A stretch of DNA of 43,688 nucleotides from a virus. Location of the stretch: the IMG/VR virus record IMGVR_UViG_3300035657_000024, positions 1 through 43,688 of that record, one strand, 5' to 3'. A program made the position numbers and the translations under genes. The notes beneath the pieces are model-generated. The model had not been told where the DNA came from, did no database searches, and saw nothing but the letters and a program-made list of their open reading frames with translations. The stretch's first letter is position 1. Every line of letters begins with the position of its first letter. Below, one piece after another: positions 16,154 through 25,389 of the stretch.

Positions 16154-16903
16154 ATGGAAATAACCAAGCGCGAAATCATCATCAGCGTTGCAATCGCCGC
16201 CGTTATGCTAATAGTCGGTTTCTTTATATCTGGAAAAATAACTGATATGCAGAACGATAAGAACGCCGAATACCAGAAGGCAGTGCATATTGAGGACTCT
16301 GAATTATTTCGGTATGGCATGGACACAAATGTTGGAAATGCTTTTGTGTATGGAGATTTGCAAGCGGTTGATACAGTGACTTTTGATGAGATTGGCGGGG
16401 AATATCTTCATGTTAAAAAGATAGAAGAACGATATGAACGCCATGAAAGAGAAGTGACAGAAACAGATTCAGAAGGTAAAGAGCACACAAAAGTAGAAGT
16501 ATACTATGAATGGGAAATCGAGGACAGAGAAAGCAAACATTCCGAAAATATTATGTTTTGTGGTATCGAATTTCCGTATGATAAAATCCCGTATTCTCTG
16601 GACAATCACATAAAGACAATAAATTCTGACAGAGAGTACAGTTGGAAGTCAGGGGAATATGTAAAGGTACGATTCAAGTATTATGGAACACCCGTTAAGC
16701 ACACTGGCACGATATATACCAGATTATCAGATGGAACTATTTCTGACAGTTCACAATTTTTTAAGGACTATACCATTAAGCAAGCATTAGATAGTTGCAC
16801 TTCTGGTATTGGAAATATAATGTTCTGGTCGTTTTGGATAATTCTGATGATTGCGATTGTGATTTGGTTTTGCTATTTGGATAATAGGTGGTTAGAAGAT
16901 TAA
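16154..16903 (+). CDS. Two-TM membrane protein partnered with LemA (possibly GIDE/DUF2207-like)
   Basis: TM at both termini with a ~190-aa charged central domain. Starts 3 nt after the LemA stop. Confidence 0.6.
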   Translation: MEITKREIIISVAIAAVMLIVGFFISGKITDMQNDKNAEYQKAVHIEDSELFRYGMDTNVGNAFVYGDLQAVDTVTFDEIGGEYLHVKKIEERYERHEREVTETDSEGKEHTKVEVYYEWEIEDRESKHSENIMFCGIEFPYDKIPYSLDNHIKTINSDREYSWKSGEYVKVRFKYYGTPVKHTGTIYTRLSDGTISDSSQFFKDYTIKQALDSCTSGIGNIMFWSFWIILMIAIVIWFCYLDNRWLED

Positions 16904-16912
16904 ATTAACGAA

Positions 16913-16988
16913 ACAGAGGGGAAGCCGCAGAATGTATCACCTAACCGGCCAGCTCCGGCGCGCCAGCTTGTGTGCTGGTTCCCTCTGT
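16913..16988 (+). other. GC-rich nested stem-loop upstream of the late genes
   Basis: acagaggg/ccctctgt outer stem, ccagc/gctgg inner hairpin, direct gccagct repeats. Confidence 0.4.
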
Positions 16989-17052
16989 CTACACAGATAA
17001 ATCCTGCGGGACTGGGATAGGGTAACAAAAAAATAAAGCAAAAAGAAAGAAG

Positions 17053-17364
17053 GTGGGGAATGTGGGAACAAGGGACACATACTTTAATGGTTACGGTCTG
17101 ACATACAATGAGGTAAAAAAAATAGAAGACAAGTGCAAAAACGCAAAGGGGAGGGAATTGGAACTGCTGCTTCTGGCTGCGGAAAGCGCATATGCAGAGT
17201 TGGCGCAATATCTGTTTTTTAGTTTGACATCGGGGCTGGGGTATGACAACATCTCGAAGATATGCAACATCCCTATCGGGAGGAAAGATTTTTATGGGTA
17301 TCGCAGGAAGACGATATATCTATACAACAGATATATGATGCTGGAAGGACATGTAATTGTGTAA
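17053..17364 (+). CDS. Hypothetical protein, possible late-gene regulator (position-based)
   Basis: GTG start. Last sizeable gene before the terminase. HTH-like ...YDNISKICNIPIGRKDFYGYRRK. Confidence 0.35.
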   Translation: MGNVGTRDTYFNGYGLTYNEVKKIEDKCKNAKGRELELLLLAAESAYAELAQYLFFSLTSGLGYDNISKICNIPIGRKDFYGYRRKTIYLYNRYMMLEGHVIV

Positions 17365-17415
17365 AAGGGGTACGCGGATCAGGAAACGAGAATGGTAAAA
17401 TAGAATAAGAACTGT

Positions 17416-17694
17416 ATGGGGTATGATATGAATTGTAATGCTGTCATGAAAAAGCTTCAGCGCGCCATACTGTCAACGGGGCTCGTAATCAAAATTTCTA
17501 CCAGCCAGTTTTACAGCGAAGAGCAGGACAGGATGATAACGATGTGGATCTTAACAACACCTACACTTCAAAACGGGCGGAACGGATGGAGGATGAAGGA
17601 CTACGAGATATTGCGAACAGCGAGCGCGATTGAGGCGGTAAAGTGTTTGGCGGACATATGGGAACAGACGAAAGGATGGGGACAGGATGATTAG
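17416..17694 (+). CDS. Hypothetical protein
   Basis: ORF with a weak SD. Confidence 0.45.
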   Translation: MGYDMNCNAVMKKLQRAILSTGLVIKISTSQFYSEEQDRMITMWILTTPTLQNGRNGWRMKDYEILRTASAIEAVKCLADIWEQTKGWGQDD

Positions 17695-17842
17695 AGAAAT
17701 GATACCGTGGTATCTTTCCGCGTCAGGAATGATAATAGCATTCCTACTCGGGCTTATGATCGGGACGAAGAGTGACGTGATAAAAATCATATGTCAAATT
17801 GGGATTATATCGCTTTCCCTGGTGGTATTTTTTGTCTCATAA
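17687..17842 (+). CDS. Small membrane protein (51 aa, below the track cutoff)
   Basis: ATGA overlap with the preceding gene. Two hydrophobic segments. Confidence 0.4.
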   Translation: MIREMIPWYLSASGMIIAFLLGLMIGTKSDVIKIICQIGIISLSLVVFFVS

Positions 17843-17864
17843 AGAAGTAGAGGACGGTGAGAGA

Positions 17865-19496
17865 ATGCTAACACCAAAGCAAAAGGCATTTGCGGATGAA
17901 TATTTGAAGAATGGCGGGAATTTATCCGATGCGGCCAGAAAAGCCAAATATTCTGATGCAGTCATTAAAAATGCAAGAAAAAATATCTTGGAAAAGCGTG
18001 GAGTTTCAGCATATATAGCAGAACGGCAGGCGGAAATCGAAAAACAAGCCGGAAGAGATATTATGTCTCTGACAGAAATTCAGGTACGTCGATCCAAAAT
18101 TGCAAATGGCCTTTTGACGGATTCCTTTGGATTTGCCCCTGATTTTTCCGACCAACTTAAGGCGATGAACGACCTTGAAAAAGCGTTAGCGATAAAGGAA
18201 GAACAGGATGCAAAAGAAAAGGCAGCAGAAGCCGCCAAAAATTCAAAAGATTATCATATAGACCTTGATGTGATTGCAGATGTGTTTCACCCGATGATAC
18301 GGGATGTAAGGAAAGGGAGACATTCAGAATATGTTTTGCCTGGGGGACGAGGTTCAGCCAAGTCCTCCGCGATTTCCTGCATTATACCGGAGTTAATAAA
18401 GAATAATCCGAATATGCACGCACTTGTGTTACGGAAAGTTGGGAATACTATCAAAGATTCCGTGTACGCACAAATGAAATGGGCGATTGCAAAGTTGGGA
18501 TTGGAAGATAATTTTCGTTTTAAAGTATCCCCGTTTGAGATTACGCATATTCCGACCGGGCAAAAAATATATTTCCGTGGAGCTGATGACCCGTTGAAAA
18601 TCAAGTCAATCAAGCCGGAATTTGGCTATATCGGTATTTTATGGATGGAAGAATTAGACCAATTTGCGGGGCCGGAGGAAGCCAGAAGCATACAGCAGTC
18701 AGCTATCCGTGGCGGAGACAAGGCATATAGATTCAAGTCATTCAACCCTCCTAGAAGTAAGAATAACTGGGCGAATAAATATACGAATGAAGCGGAAACA
18801 AAGAATGACGATGCTATGGTGGTTAGAAGCACATACCTTGATGTAGATCCAGACTGGCTAGGAGCGCAGTTTATCAGTGACGCAGAACATCTGAAGGAAG
18901 TCAATCCAGATGCGTATGATAATGAGTACATGGGGAAGGCAAACGGAAACGGCGGAAACGTCTTTGAATATCTGGAATTACGGGAAATCACAGACGAGGA
19001 AATCTCACACATGGATAGAATATATCAAGGCGTGGATTTCGGTTGGTATCCAGACGCATATGCTTTTATTCGGGCGTATTACGACAGCACAAGAGAGAAA
19101 ATCTATTTTATTGACGAAAACTATGTGCATAAGACGAGCAATGAGTTGACGGCACAGTGGATAAAAGAACAGGGATACGATGATTACCGGATCATCTGCG
19201 ACAGTGCCGAGCCTAAGTCAATCAATGACTATAGAGATATGGGACTTCCGGCAACGGGGGCTGCAAAGGGACCGGGTAGCGTGGAGTATGGTTTTAAGTG
19301 GTTACAGCGGCGCACAATCGTTATTGACCGCCACCGTACACCGAATGTCTATGATGAGTTTACAAAGTATGAGTATGACAGGGATAAGGACGGGAACATC
19401 ATCAGTGGATATCCAGAAGGACAGGCAGACCACACTATAGCGGCCACACGGTACGCATTTGAGCCATTATTTAACAGGCGGGGCAATACGGCATAG
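17865..19496 (+). CDS. Terminase: small-subunit (Terminase_2-like) domain fused to a PBSX-type large subunit
   Basis: N-terminal LTPKQKAFADEYLKNGGNLSDAARKAKYS, then Walker A LPGGRGSAKS and a nuclease-domain C-terminus. No separate TerS gene upstream. Confidence 0.85.
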   Translation: MLTPKQKAFADEYLKNGGNLSDAARKAKYSDAVIKNARKNILEKRGVSAYIAERQAEIEKQAGRDIMSLTEIQVRRSKIANGLLTDSFGFAPDFSDQLKAMNDLEKALAIKEEQDAKEKAAEAAKNSKDYHIDLDVIADVFHPMIRDVRKGRHSEYVLPGGRGSAKSSAISCIIPELIKNNPNMHALVLRKVGNTIKDSVYAQMKWAIAKLGLEDNFRFKVSPFEITHIPTGQKIYFRGADDPLKIKSIKPEFGYIGILWMEELDQFAGPEEARSIQQSAIRGGDKAYRFKSFNPPRSKNNWANKYTNEAETKNDDAMVVRSTYLDVDPDWLGAQFISDAEHLKEVNPDAYDNEYMGKANGNGGNVFEYLELREITDEEISHMDRIYQGVDFGWYPDAYAFIRAYYDSTREKIYFIDENYVHKTSNELTAQWIKEQGYDDYRIICDSAEPKSINDYRDMGLPATGAAKGPGSVEYGFKWLQRRTIVIDRHRTPNVYDEFTKYEYDRDKDGNIISGYPEGQADHTIAATRYAFEPLFNRRGNTA

Positions 19497-19507
19497 GTGA
19501 TACAGAA

Positions 19508-20932
19508 ATGGGAATTTTATCAGCAGTAAAAAGGTGGATAGGCATGATTTTTAAAAAGCAGGCGGAGAAAGATTTTAGGGTAAAGGATACCACGTCAGCG
19601 CGGATGATGGCAAAGGTTGTAGAGTGTGCCAACATCTACCGCGGTGCGCCATACTGGCTAGACGCAGAAAACCGAATAAAGACTATAAATTTTGCAAAGG
19701 CGGTATGCTCCGAAACGGCGCGGCTCGTCACGCTGGGGATTAAAATCCAGGTTGACGGCGGCGCACGCGGGGCGTGGTTGCAGGAGCAGATTGATAAAGC
19801 CTATTATAGCCTGCGCCATTGGGTAGAGTATGGCTGTGCTTATGGCACGGTAATCATAAAGCCTAATGGCAGCGGGCTTGATATGTTTACTCCTATGGAT
19901 TTTATCGTGACGGAGCAGGACGAGAACGGAAATATAACGGGCGTTGTGTTTAAAGACAGCTATGCGGCTAACGACAAGTTTTATACGCGTCTGGAATACC
20001 ATAGGTTTGTCGAGATGCGGACGGAGGCGGGCGTGGTATACCCGTATGTTATATCAAACAAGGCGTATGTATCAAAGAGCAGCGAATCCCTCGGCGATCC
20101 TATCCCGCTGGCACAGACAAAGTGGGCAAATTTGCTAGAGGAAACGCCGCCGATTCTCAAGGGCGGGAACGAAAGACTTGATTCCCCCATGTACGGAGTG
20201 TTCCGCACCCCTGCTGCTAACAACGTAGACCTTTCATCTCCGCTGGGAATGCCGGTATACGCGGAAGCCATCGAAGAGATGAAAGACCTTGACATCGCAT
20301 ACAGCCGGAACGCCGGGGAGATATATGACAGCGAAAAAATAATCCTGGCAGATGATCGGCTGATGTTTGACAGCGGGAAAAACCTTAACGGGCGCATCCC
20401 AGACGTTAAACTGCCGCATTATGTAAAAAACGTGTTCGGCAACAGCCCGGAAGAGTTTTACCAGGAGATTACGCCGCAGCTCAATACAGCCACACGCCTT
20501 GACGGAATCAATGCTCTCCTGTCCCAGATAGGGTATAAATGCGGGTTCTCGAACGGCTATTTTGTCTTTAACGAAGCGAGCGGCATCCAAACGGCGACAG
20601 GCGTGGAAGCGGAGCAACAGCGAACCATCCAGTTTATCAAGGATGTGCGGGACAAGTTGGAAAGTTGCCTAAATGATGCAATATATGCCATGTCGGTGTA
20701 TGCAGATTTGTACGCGCTTGCCCCTGTCGGGGTTTATGAAGTGGTATACGACTTCGGGGACATCACATACAACCGCGAGGAGGATCGGGCACGCTGGTGG
20801 AGCTATGTCGCACAAGGAAAGGTGCCCGCGTGGATGTATTTCGTCAAATTTGAGGGCATGACAGAGGACGATGCGAAGGCAATGGTGACAGAAGCGCAGC
20901 CGAAGGAAACGGGGCTGTTCGGGGAGGAATAA
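19508..20932 (+). CDS. Portal protein (SPP1 Gp6-like)
   Basis: 474 aa immediately after the terminase. Sequence character typical of this family (from recall). Confidence 0.75.
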   Translation: MGILSAVKRWIGMIFKKQAEKDFRVKDTTSARMMAKVVECANIYRGAPYWLDAENRIKTINFAKAVCSETARLVTLGIKIQVDGGARGAWLQEQIDKAYYSLRHWVEYGCAYGTVIIKPNGSGLDMFTPMDFIVTEQDENGNITGVVFKDSYAANDKFYTRLEYHRFVEMRTEAGVVYPYVISNKAYVSKSSESLGDPIPLAQTKWANLLEETPPILKGGNERLDSPMYGVFRTPAANNVDLSSPLGMPVYAEAIEEMKDLDIAYSRNAGEIYDSEKIILADDRLMFDSGKNLNGRIPDVKLPHYVKNVFGNSPEEFYQEITPQLNTATRLDGINALLSQIGYKCGFSNGYFVFNEASGIQTATGVEAEQQRTIQFIKDVRDKLESCLNDAIYAMSVYADLYALAPVGVYEVVYDFGDITYNREEDRARWWSYVAQGKVPAWMYFVKFEGMTEDDAKAMVTEAQPKETGLFGEE

Positions 20933-20933
20933 G

Positions 20934-22751
20934 ATGGAGCCGATAACCAGGGAAGAGTATTATCTTGCAAAGATTGCAGGGACATATAAGGGCAAGACAC
21001 CCGAGCCCGTGACTATTGATGAATATTATCTTGCAACTATGGCGGGGGATTATTCCGGCAATACCCCGCAGCCCGTCACGAGATTGCAGTATTACATGGC
21101 AAAGGTAGCAGGAGTATGGGGCGGAAGCATCCCTGCGCCTGTGACACGATTAGAATATTACTGGGCGGCGATTGCCAGCGGAGAGGGGAAAGTCTTTCCG
21201 CCTGTGACACGAGAGGAGCATTTCTTGGTGCTGGTAGCCGATGCGTACAGCGTTGTGCTCACAGTCGTTACCGGCAACCCCGCCCTCTTGGAAAATTCAA
21301 AGAAGAATCGTGGGCTGGAATCCCTTACCCTATACGGCAAATCAACGCAGGTGAGCACGACTGGGGCACAGTTATTTCCATTTGAGGTAGGGAAAAAGGG
21401 CATAAATTTTGAGGTATTTGAAGATGGGATAGTGATATCCTGCAAAAAAGGAACCGATATCTATGCAGTTGGACGACCAAACGCTACGCTTGAAAGTTCA
21501 TATGACGATTTCCCGTTATTAGCACCGGGAGAATATTATATTTATTCAGACAGCAAATATGTGGAATTACTTGTCACTACATTTGTAAATGGGGAATATT
21601 TAATTTTGGGAGTTTCCAGAAATGGAACTGCGGTGAAAATTAAAGTAATTGCTGGATATAAATTTCGGATATTGATTAGATGTAGAGAAGCCTTTGATGG
21701 CAAGGTTAAGGCGATTATATCCAAAAGATATCCAACTGCATTCAATTACGAGCCTTACACCGGCGGCAAGCCCTCACCGTCACAGGAGTACCCGCAGGAG
21801 ATTAAAAGCGTAGGGCAGGATGGCGAGATTGAGGTTAAGACACTGGGCGCGAATCTGTTTGATGCTTCCACTGCATTAAAAACACAGATAGATGCAGGAC
21901 TTCTGCATATAAACGATTCCGGAGAGGTAGTTTTAAACGGAACTTTTGGTACAAATAACCGAAATTTTTACATAACGTTAAAACCTGGGGTATATTGTCT
22001 AACAGGTGGCGCTATATGGCACATTATTGCATCTGAAGATTCCGTATTTGATCGAATATTAACAATTGATGAAGAAACAACTTATCACTGTTATATTAGT
22101 AATGGGACATATAACGAAGTAGTGTCTAATCCGATGATTAACGCAGGCTCAACCGCCTTGCCATACGAACCCTACAAGCCCGCCCAGACCCTCATCATTC
22201 CCACACCAAACGGTCTTTCTGGGATCCCGGTATCATCCGGCGGAAATTACACAGATGCAGACGGGCAGCAGTGGGTATGCGACGAGGTGGATTTTAAAAA
22301 AGGAGTGTATGTGCAGAGGGTCGCAACAGAAACACCAAAAGCAAAGTGGGAAAATATTGAAGAAACCGCTGATGTTCCAAACAGATATCGTATTTATGGA
22401 GCCCTTGTAAATAGATATAGGGATGGTTCGACTAAGTGTTTAATCTCACATGGTATTTATGCAAATTGGGGAATTGCTCCCGGATGGGCATTAAATTCAA
22501 CAACTTTTTATTATCATCCCAAAGAAGATGTTACAAAAGAAGAGGCTAAAGAACAGATTCTTGGTTTTATAAACTCAGCCAATCCAGCCAATCCATTGAC
22601 GTTTTTAGGGCAGCTTGAAACACCGATCGAAAAACCTCTTACCACAGAGCAGCTTGCCACTTATAAAGCCCTGCGAACCTACAGCCCAACAACGACCGTG
22701 GCAAACGATGCGGAAGCGGGGATGAGCGTGGGATACGCAAAGATGAAATAA
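20934..22751 (+). CDS. Repeat-bearing fibre-like structural protein (possible neck/head fibre)
   Basis: Five 22-aa N-terminal repeats (PVTxxEYYLAKIAGxYxGxxP), then two AT-rich domains each ending in a YEPY linker. Confidence 0.6.
   Translation: MEPITREEYYLAKIAGTYKGKTPEPVTIDEYYLATMAGDYSGNTPQPVTRLQYYMAKVAGVWGGSIPAPVTRLEYYWAAIASGEGKVFPPVTREEHFLVLVADAYSVVLTVVTGNPALLENSKKNRGLESLTLYGKSTQVSTTGAQLFPFEVGKKGINFEVFEDGIVISCKKGTDIYAVGRPNATLESSYDDFPLLAPGEYYIYSDSKYVELLVTTFVNGEYLILGVSRNGTAVKIKVIAGYKFRILIRCREAFDGKVKAIISKRYPTAFNYEPYTGGKPSPSQEYPQEIKSVGQDGEIEVKTLGANLFDASTALKTQIDAGLLHINDSGEVVLNGTFGTNNRNFYITLKPGVYCLTGGAIWHIIASEDSVFDRILTIDEETTYHCYISNGTYNEVVSNPMINAGSTALPYEPYKPAQTLIIPTPNGLSGIPVSSGGNYTDADGQQWVCDEVDFKKGVYVQRVATETPKAKWENIEETADVPNRYRIYGALVNRYRDGSTKCLISHGIYANWGIAPGWALNSTTFYYHPKEDVTKEEAKEQILGFINSANPANPLTFLGQLETPIEKPLTTEQLATYKALRTYSPTTTVANDAEAGMSVGYAKMK
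20937..21248 (+). repeat. 66-bp (22-codon) degenerate tandem repeats, about 4.7 copies
   Basis: EPITREEYYLAKIAGTYKGKTP / EPVTIDEYYLATMAGDYSGNTP / QPVTRLQYYMAKVAGVWGGSIP / APVTRLEYYWAAIASGEGKVFP / PVTREEHFLVLV. Confidence 0.8.
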
Positions 22752-22782
22752 GGGTACGCCATAAAATGCGGGAGGTGGTAGA

Positions 22783-23214
22783 ATGAACCTGGATACGAAA
22801 GTTGGGGACGTGGAGATTAAGCTCGATACGTCCCGCATAGACGATAATCTGCTGGAAGCCCAGAAGCTTTTGAATATGCAGGTAGTGGCGGACAGCGCCC
22901 CCTTCGTTCCATTCCGGCAGGGTGCACTAAGAAACAGTGTAAGATATCCAGACGGGGTATACGGCGGCATCGTTGAGTATGACACGCCATATGCTCATTA
23001 TTTGTACAAGGGCGTTGTGTACGGTCCGAATATCCCGCTTAAAGACGCAGAGGGGAACATCATAGGGTGGACATCCCCTCCCAGCAAAAGCCCGACGCAG
23101 AGACGGATTAAATATCACGAGCCGGGAACAACGTCTGAATGGTTCGAGGAAGCCAAAAGGCGGCATAAAGACGACTGGCTGAATCTTGTGAGAAAAACGG
23201 TGGGGAAAGAGTGA
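22783..23214 (+). CDS. HK97 gp10-like / minor capsid (head-tail completion) protein
   Basis: ...APFVPFRQGALRNS...EYDTPYAHYLYKG... pattern. Confidence 0.5.
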   Translation: MNLDTKVGDVEIKLDTSRIDDNLLEAQKLLNMQVVADSAPFVPFRQGALRNSVRYPDGVYGGIVEYDTPYAHYLYKGVVYGPNIPLKDAEGNIIGWTSPPSKSPTQRRIKYHEPGTTSEWFEEAKRRHKDDWLNLVRKTVGKE

Positions 23215-24488
23215 TGCTGAGACCAGAGTATTTTGAAGGGAAAGCTGACCGGATATTAGAACTCTATGAACGGCTGGAAAACTTTATCCTGCGGGATATC
23301 GCCAGAAGGATTTTAAAATCCGGGAAAATCACAGCCACGGCGGACAGGTTGCTGTACAGGCTGGAGCAGTTGGGGGAAAGCCGGGATGAGATACAGCGGC
23401 GTATCATGGAACTGACAGACCTGAGCGAAAAAGAACTGCGGAAGCTCCTGCGTGGTGCCGTGCTGACATCGTGGGAAGATGATGCGGTTACACTGTCAGA
23501 AATGGGTATCGCGGCGCAGTCTCCGCTTGAAAATGCACGATATATGGCTGTTATTGAAGCAGAGTACATAAAAAGCCGGGCGGAGTTGAAGAACCTCACA
23601 AGGACGACGCTGGAACAAAGCCAAAAAGACCTTGTGTCGCTGCTCGACGAAGCCGATGTAAGGGTAGCAAGCGGAGTGCAAAGCTATCCCGCAGCCATAG
23701 CGGATGTGCTGGATGCGTATGCGGGACGCGGCGTTATGGTGGATTACCCGACAGGGACGCGAAGGACGCTGGAATCTGCGGTACGATGCTGTGTAGTGAC
23801 GTCAATGAACCAGACAGCGGCGCAGCTGACAAACAGGTATATCGTGGACAGCGGAACAGAGTATGTGTTAACCTCGGCGCACCTCGGGGCAAGAGTAAGG
23901 CGCGATGGGCAGCCCTTGCTTGCGGGTCATGACGAATGGCAGGGCCGTGTATTTAAAATTGACGGAAGCGAGCCTGGATATCCGAACCTGCTGGAATCGA
24001 CGGGGTATGATATTGATCTGACCACGGGAGAGGGCAGGGTTGTGGATATGAGAGGGCTGCATGGCTATAACTGTCGTCACGGTCATATGTTGTTTGACAA
24101 GCGGATGAAGAATCCGTGGAGGGACGCAGAAGGGAATCTGCTGGATGGAAGCGGAAATAAAATTACCGATGCTGAAAATCTAAAACGGTATGAGGACAGC
24201 CAGAAGCAGCGATCTATGGAGCGCGGAATCCGAAAGACGAAACGTCAGCTGATAGTAAAACAGGAAGAGCTTGCATGGGCGTCCGACACGGAACGGGAAA
24301 AGCGCCAGCAGGAATATGATAAGCTGGCTTACCGATTGCAGGGACAGAACAGGGCTTATAACCAGTATTGCGAAGAACATGGATTACAGCCGCAGTATGA
24401 TCGGAATGCATTAGCGGGATTTGGATACCCGCAGCAAAAGGCAGCAAATAAAGGGGCAAAAAGATATGCGGAGAACGAACCGATTTGA
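23211..24488 (+). CDS. Minor capsid protein 2 / MuF(gp7)-like head morphogenesis protein
   Basis: N-terminal ...ILELYERLENFILRDIARRI... and a C-terminal ...GYNCRHG... motif. Confidence 0.75.
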   Translation: MMLRPEYFEGKADRILELYERLENFILRDIARRILKSGKITATADRLLYRLEQLGESRDEIQRRIMELTDLSEKELRKLLRGAVLTSWEDDAVTLSEMGIAAQSPLENARYMAVIEAEYIKSRAELKNLTRTTLEQSQKDLVSLLDEADVRVASGVQSYPAAIADVLDAYAGRGVMVDYPTGTRRTLESAVRCCVVTSMNQTAAQLTNRYIVDSGTEYVLTSAHLGARVRRDGQPLLAGHDEWQGRVFKIDGSEPGYPNLLESTGYDIDLTTGEGRVVDMRGLHGYNCRHGHMLFDKRMKNPWRDAEGNLLDGSGNKITDAENLKRYEDSQKQRSMERGIRKTKRQLIVKQEELAWASDTEREKRQQEYDKLAYRLQGQNRAYNQYCEEHGLQPQYDRNALAGFGYPQQKAANKGAKRYAENEPI

Positions 24489-24856
24489 ATATTACAATCC
24501 AAACCCCCTCGAAATGGCAAAGAGTAGGGGATTGCACTGTGCGCGCATTGTGCAAGGCTTTAGGGCAAGATTGGGATACAGTTTATGTAGGTTTGTCCGT
24601 GTATGGTTTTTCGTTGTCTGACATGCCAAGTGCTAATAGAGTCTGGGGCGCGTATCTGCGCGAGAACGGATTCCGCCGGTATATCGTAGACGACCACGGA
24701 CAGCATGTTTACACGGTAGATGATTTTTGCCGAGACCATCCAGCAGGGACGTATGTGCTCGGGATAGACGGCCATGTGGTGTGCGTCAAAGATGGACATT
24801 ACTGGGACACATGGGACAGCGGTCAGGAGATACCGATATACTACTGGGAGAAATAA
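24485..24856 (+). CDS. Papain-fold cysteine peptidase/amidase-like protein (TTG start)
   Basis: Cys at a helix N-terminus (VGDCTVRALCKALG) and a downstream His strand (IDGHVVCVKDGHYWDTWD). Overlaps the MuF stop. Confidence 0.5.
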   Translation: MNITIQTPSKWQRVGDCTVRALCKALGQDWDTVYVGLSVYGFSLSDMPSANRVWGAYLRENGFRRYIVDDHGQHVYTVDDFCRDHPAGTYVLGIDGHVVCVKDGHYWDTWDSGQEIPIYYWEK

Positions 24857-24869
24857 GGAGATAGGCACT

Positions 24870-25163
24870 ATGGAAACGATACAGGCTATTCTTGCTGTGT
24901 GCGGCGGCATTTCGGTGATAGGGGGCGCTGTGGCTGTGATACATAAATGGATATCCCCCGCGATTAAGCTCACCACGCGGGTAAAAGTCCTTGAAGAGCA
25001 TGACAAGCGAGACTTTGAAACGATGCATGAGATTAGGGAGCGGGACAGCCTAATCATGGAGACATTGGTAACGATGCTTAACAGCCAGATATCAGGGAAC
25101 AATGTTGAGCAGTTAAAAGAAACGAGGGGAAAGCTTATATCTTATCTGGCGCGGACGCAATAA
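24870..25163 (+). CDS. N-terminal TM plus coiled-coil protein
   Basis: AILAVCGGISVIGGAVAVI TM. SD aaggaga. Confidence 0.55.
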   Translation: METIQAILAVCGGISVIGGAVAVIHKWISPAIKLTTRVKVLEEHDKRDFETMHEIRERDSLIMETLVTMLNSQISGNNVEQLKETRGKLISYLARTQ

Positions 25164-25174
25164 GGGGAGTAATC

Positions 25175-25375
25175 TTGAAGGTATACGATTTTACAGTGTT
25201 TGAATTGGATTTTTTTCGCAAATACTGCAATTTTACACCTGAGGAACGGCGGCTTTTTGAATTACGGGCGCAGAATATCCCGCTGGAAAGATGTGCGGAG
25301 ATGATGAACGTGAGCGTGTCCACTGTGAAAAGAATGAGCCAGCGAATAAACAAAAAGATAATACGGGTATGCTGA
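25175..25375 (+). CDS. Small sigma-70 region-4 / LuxR-type HTH protein (TTG start)
   Basis: FTPEERRLFELRAQNIPLERCAEMMNVSVSTVKRMSQRINKKI. Confidence 0.65.
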   Translation: MKVYDFTVFELDFFRKYCNFTPEERRLFELRAQNIPLERCAEMMNVSVSTVKRMSQRINKKIIRVC

Positions 25376-25389
25376 TTTGATACTTTTGT

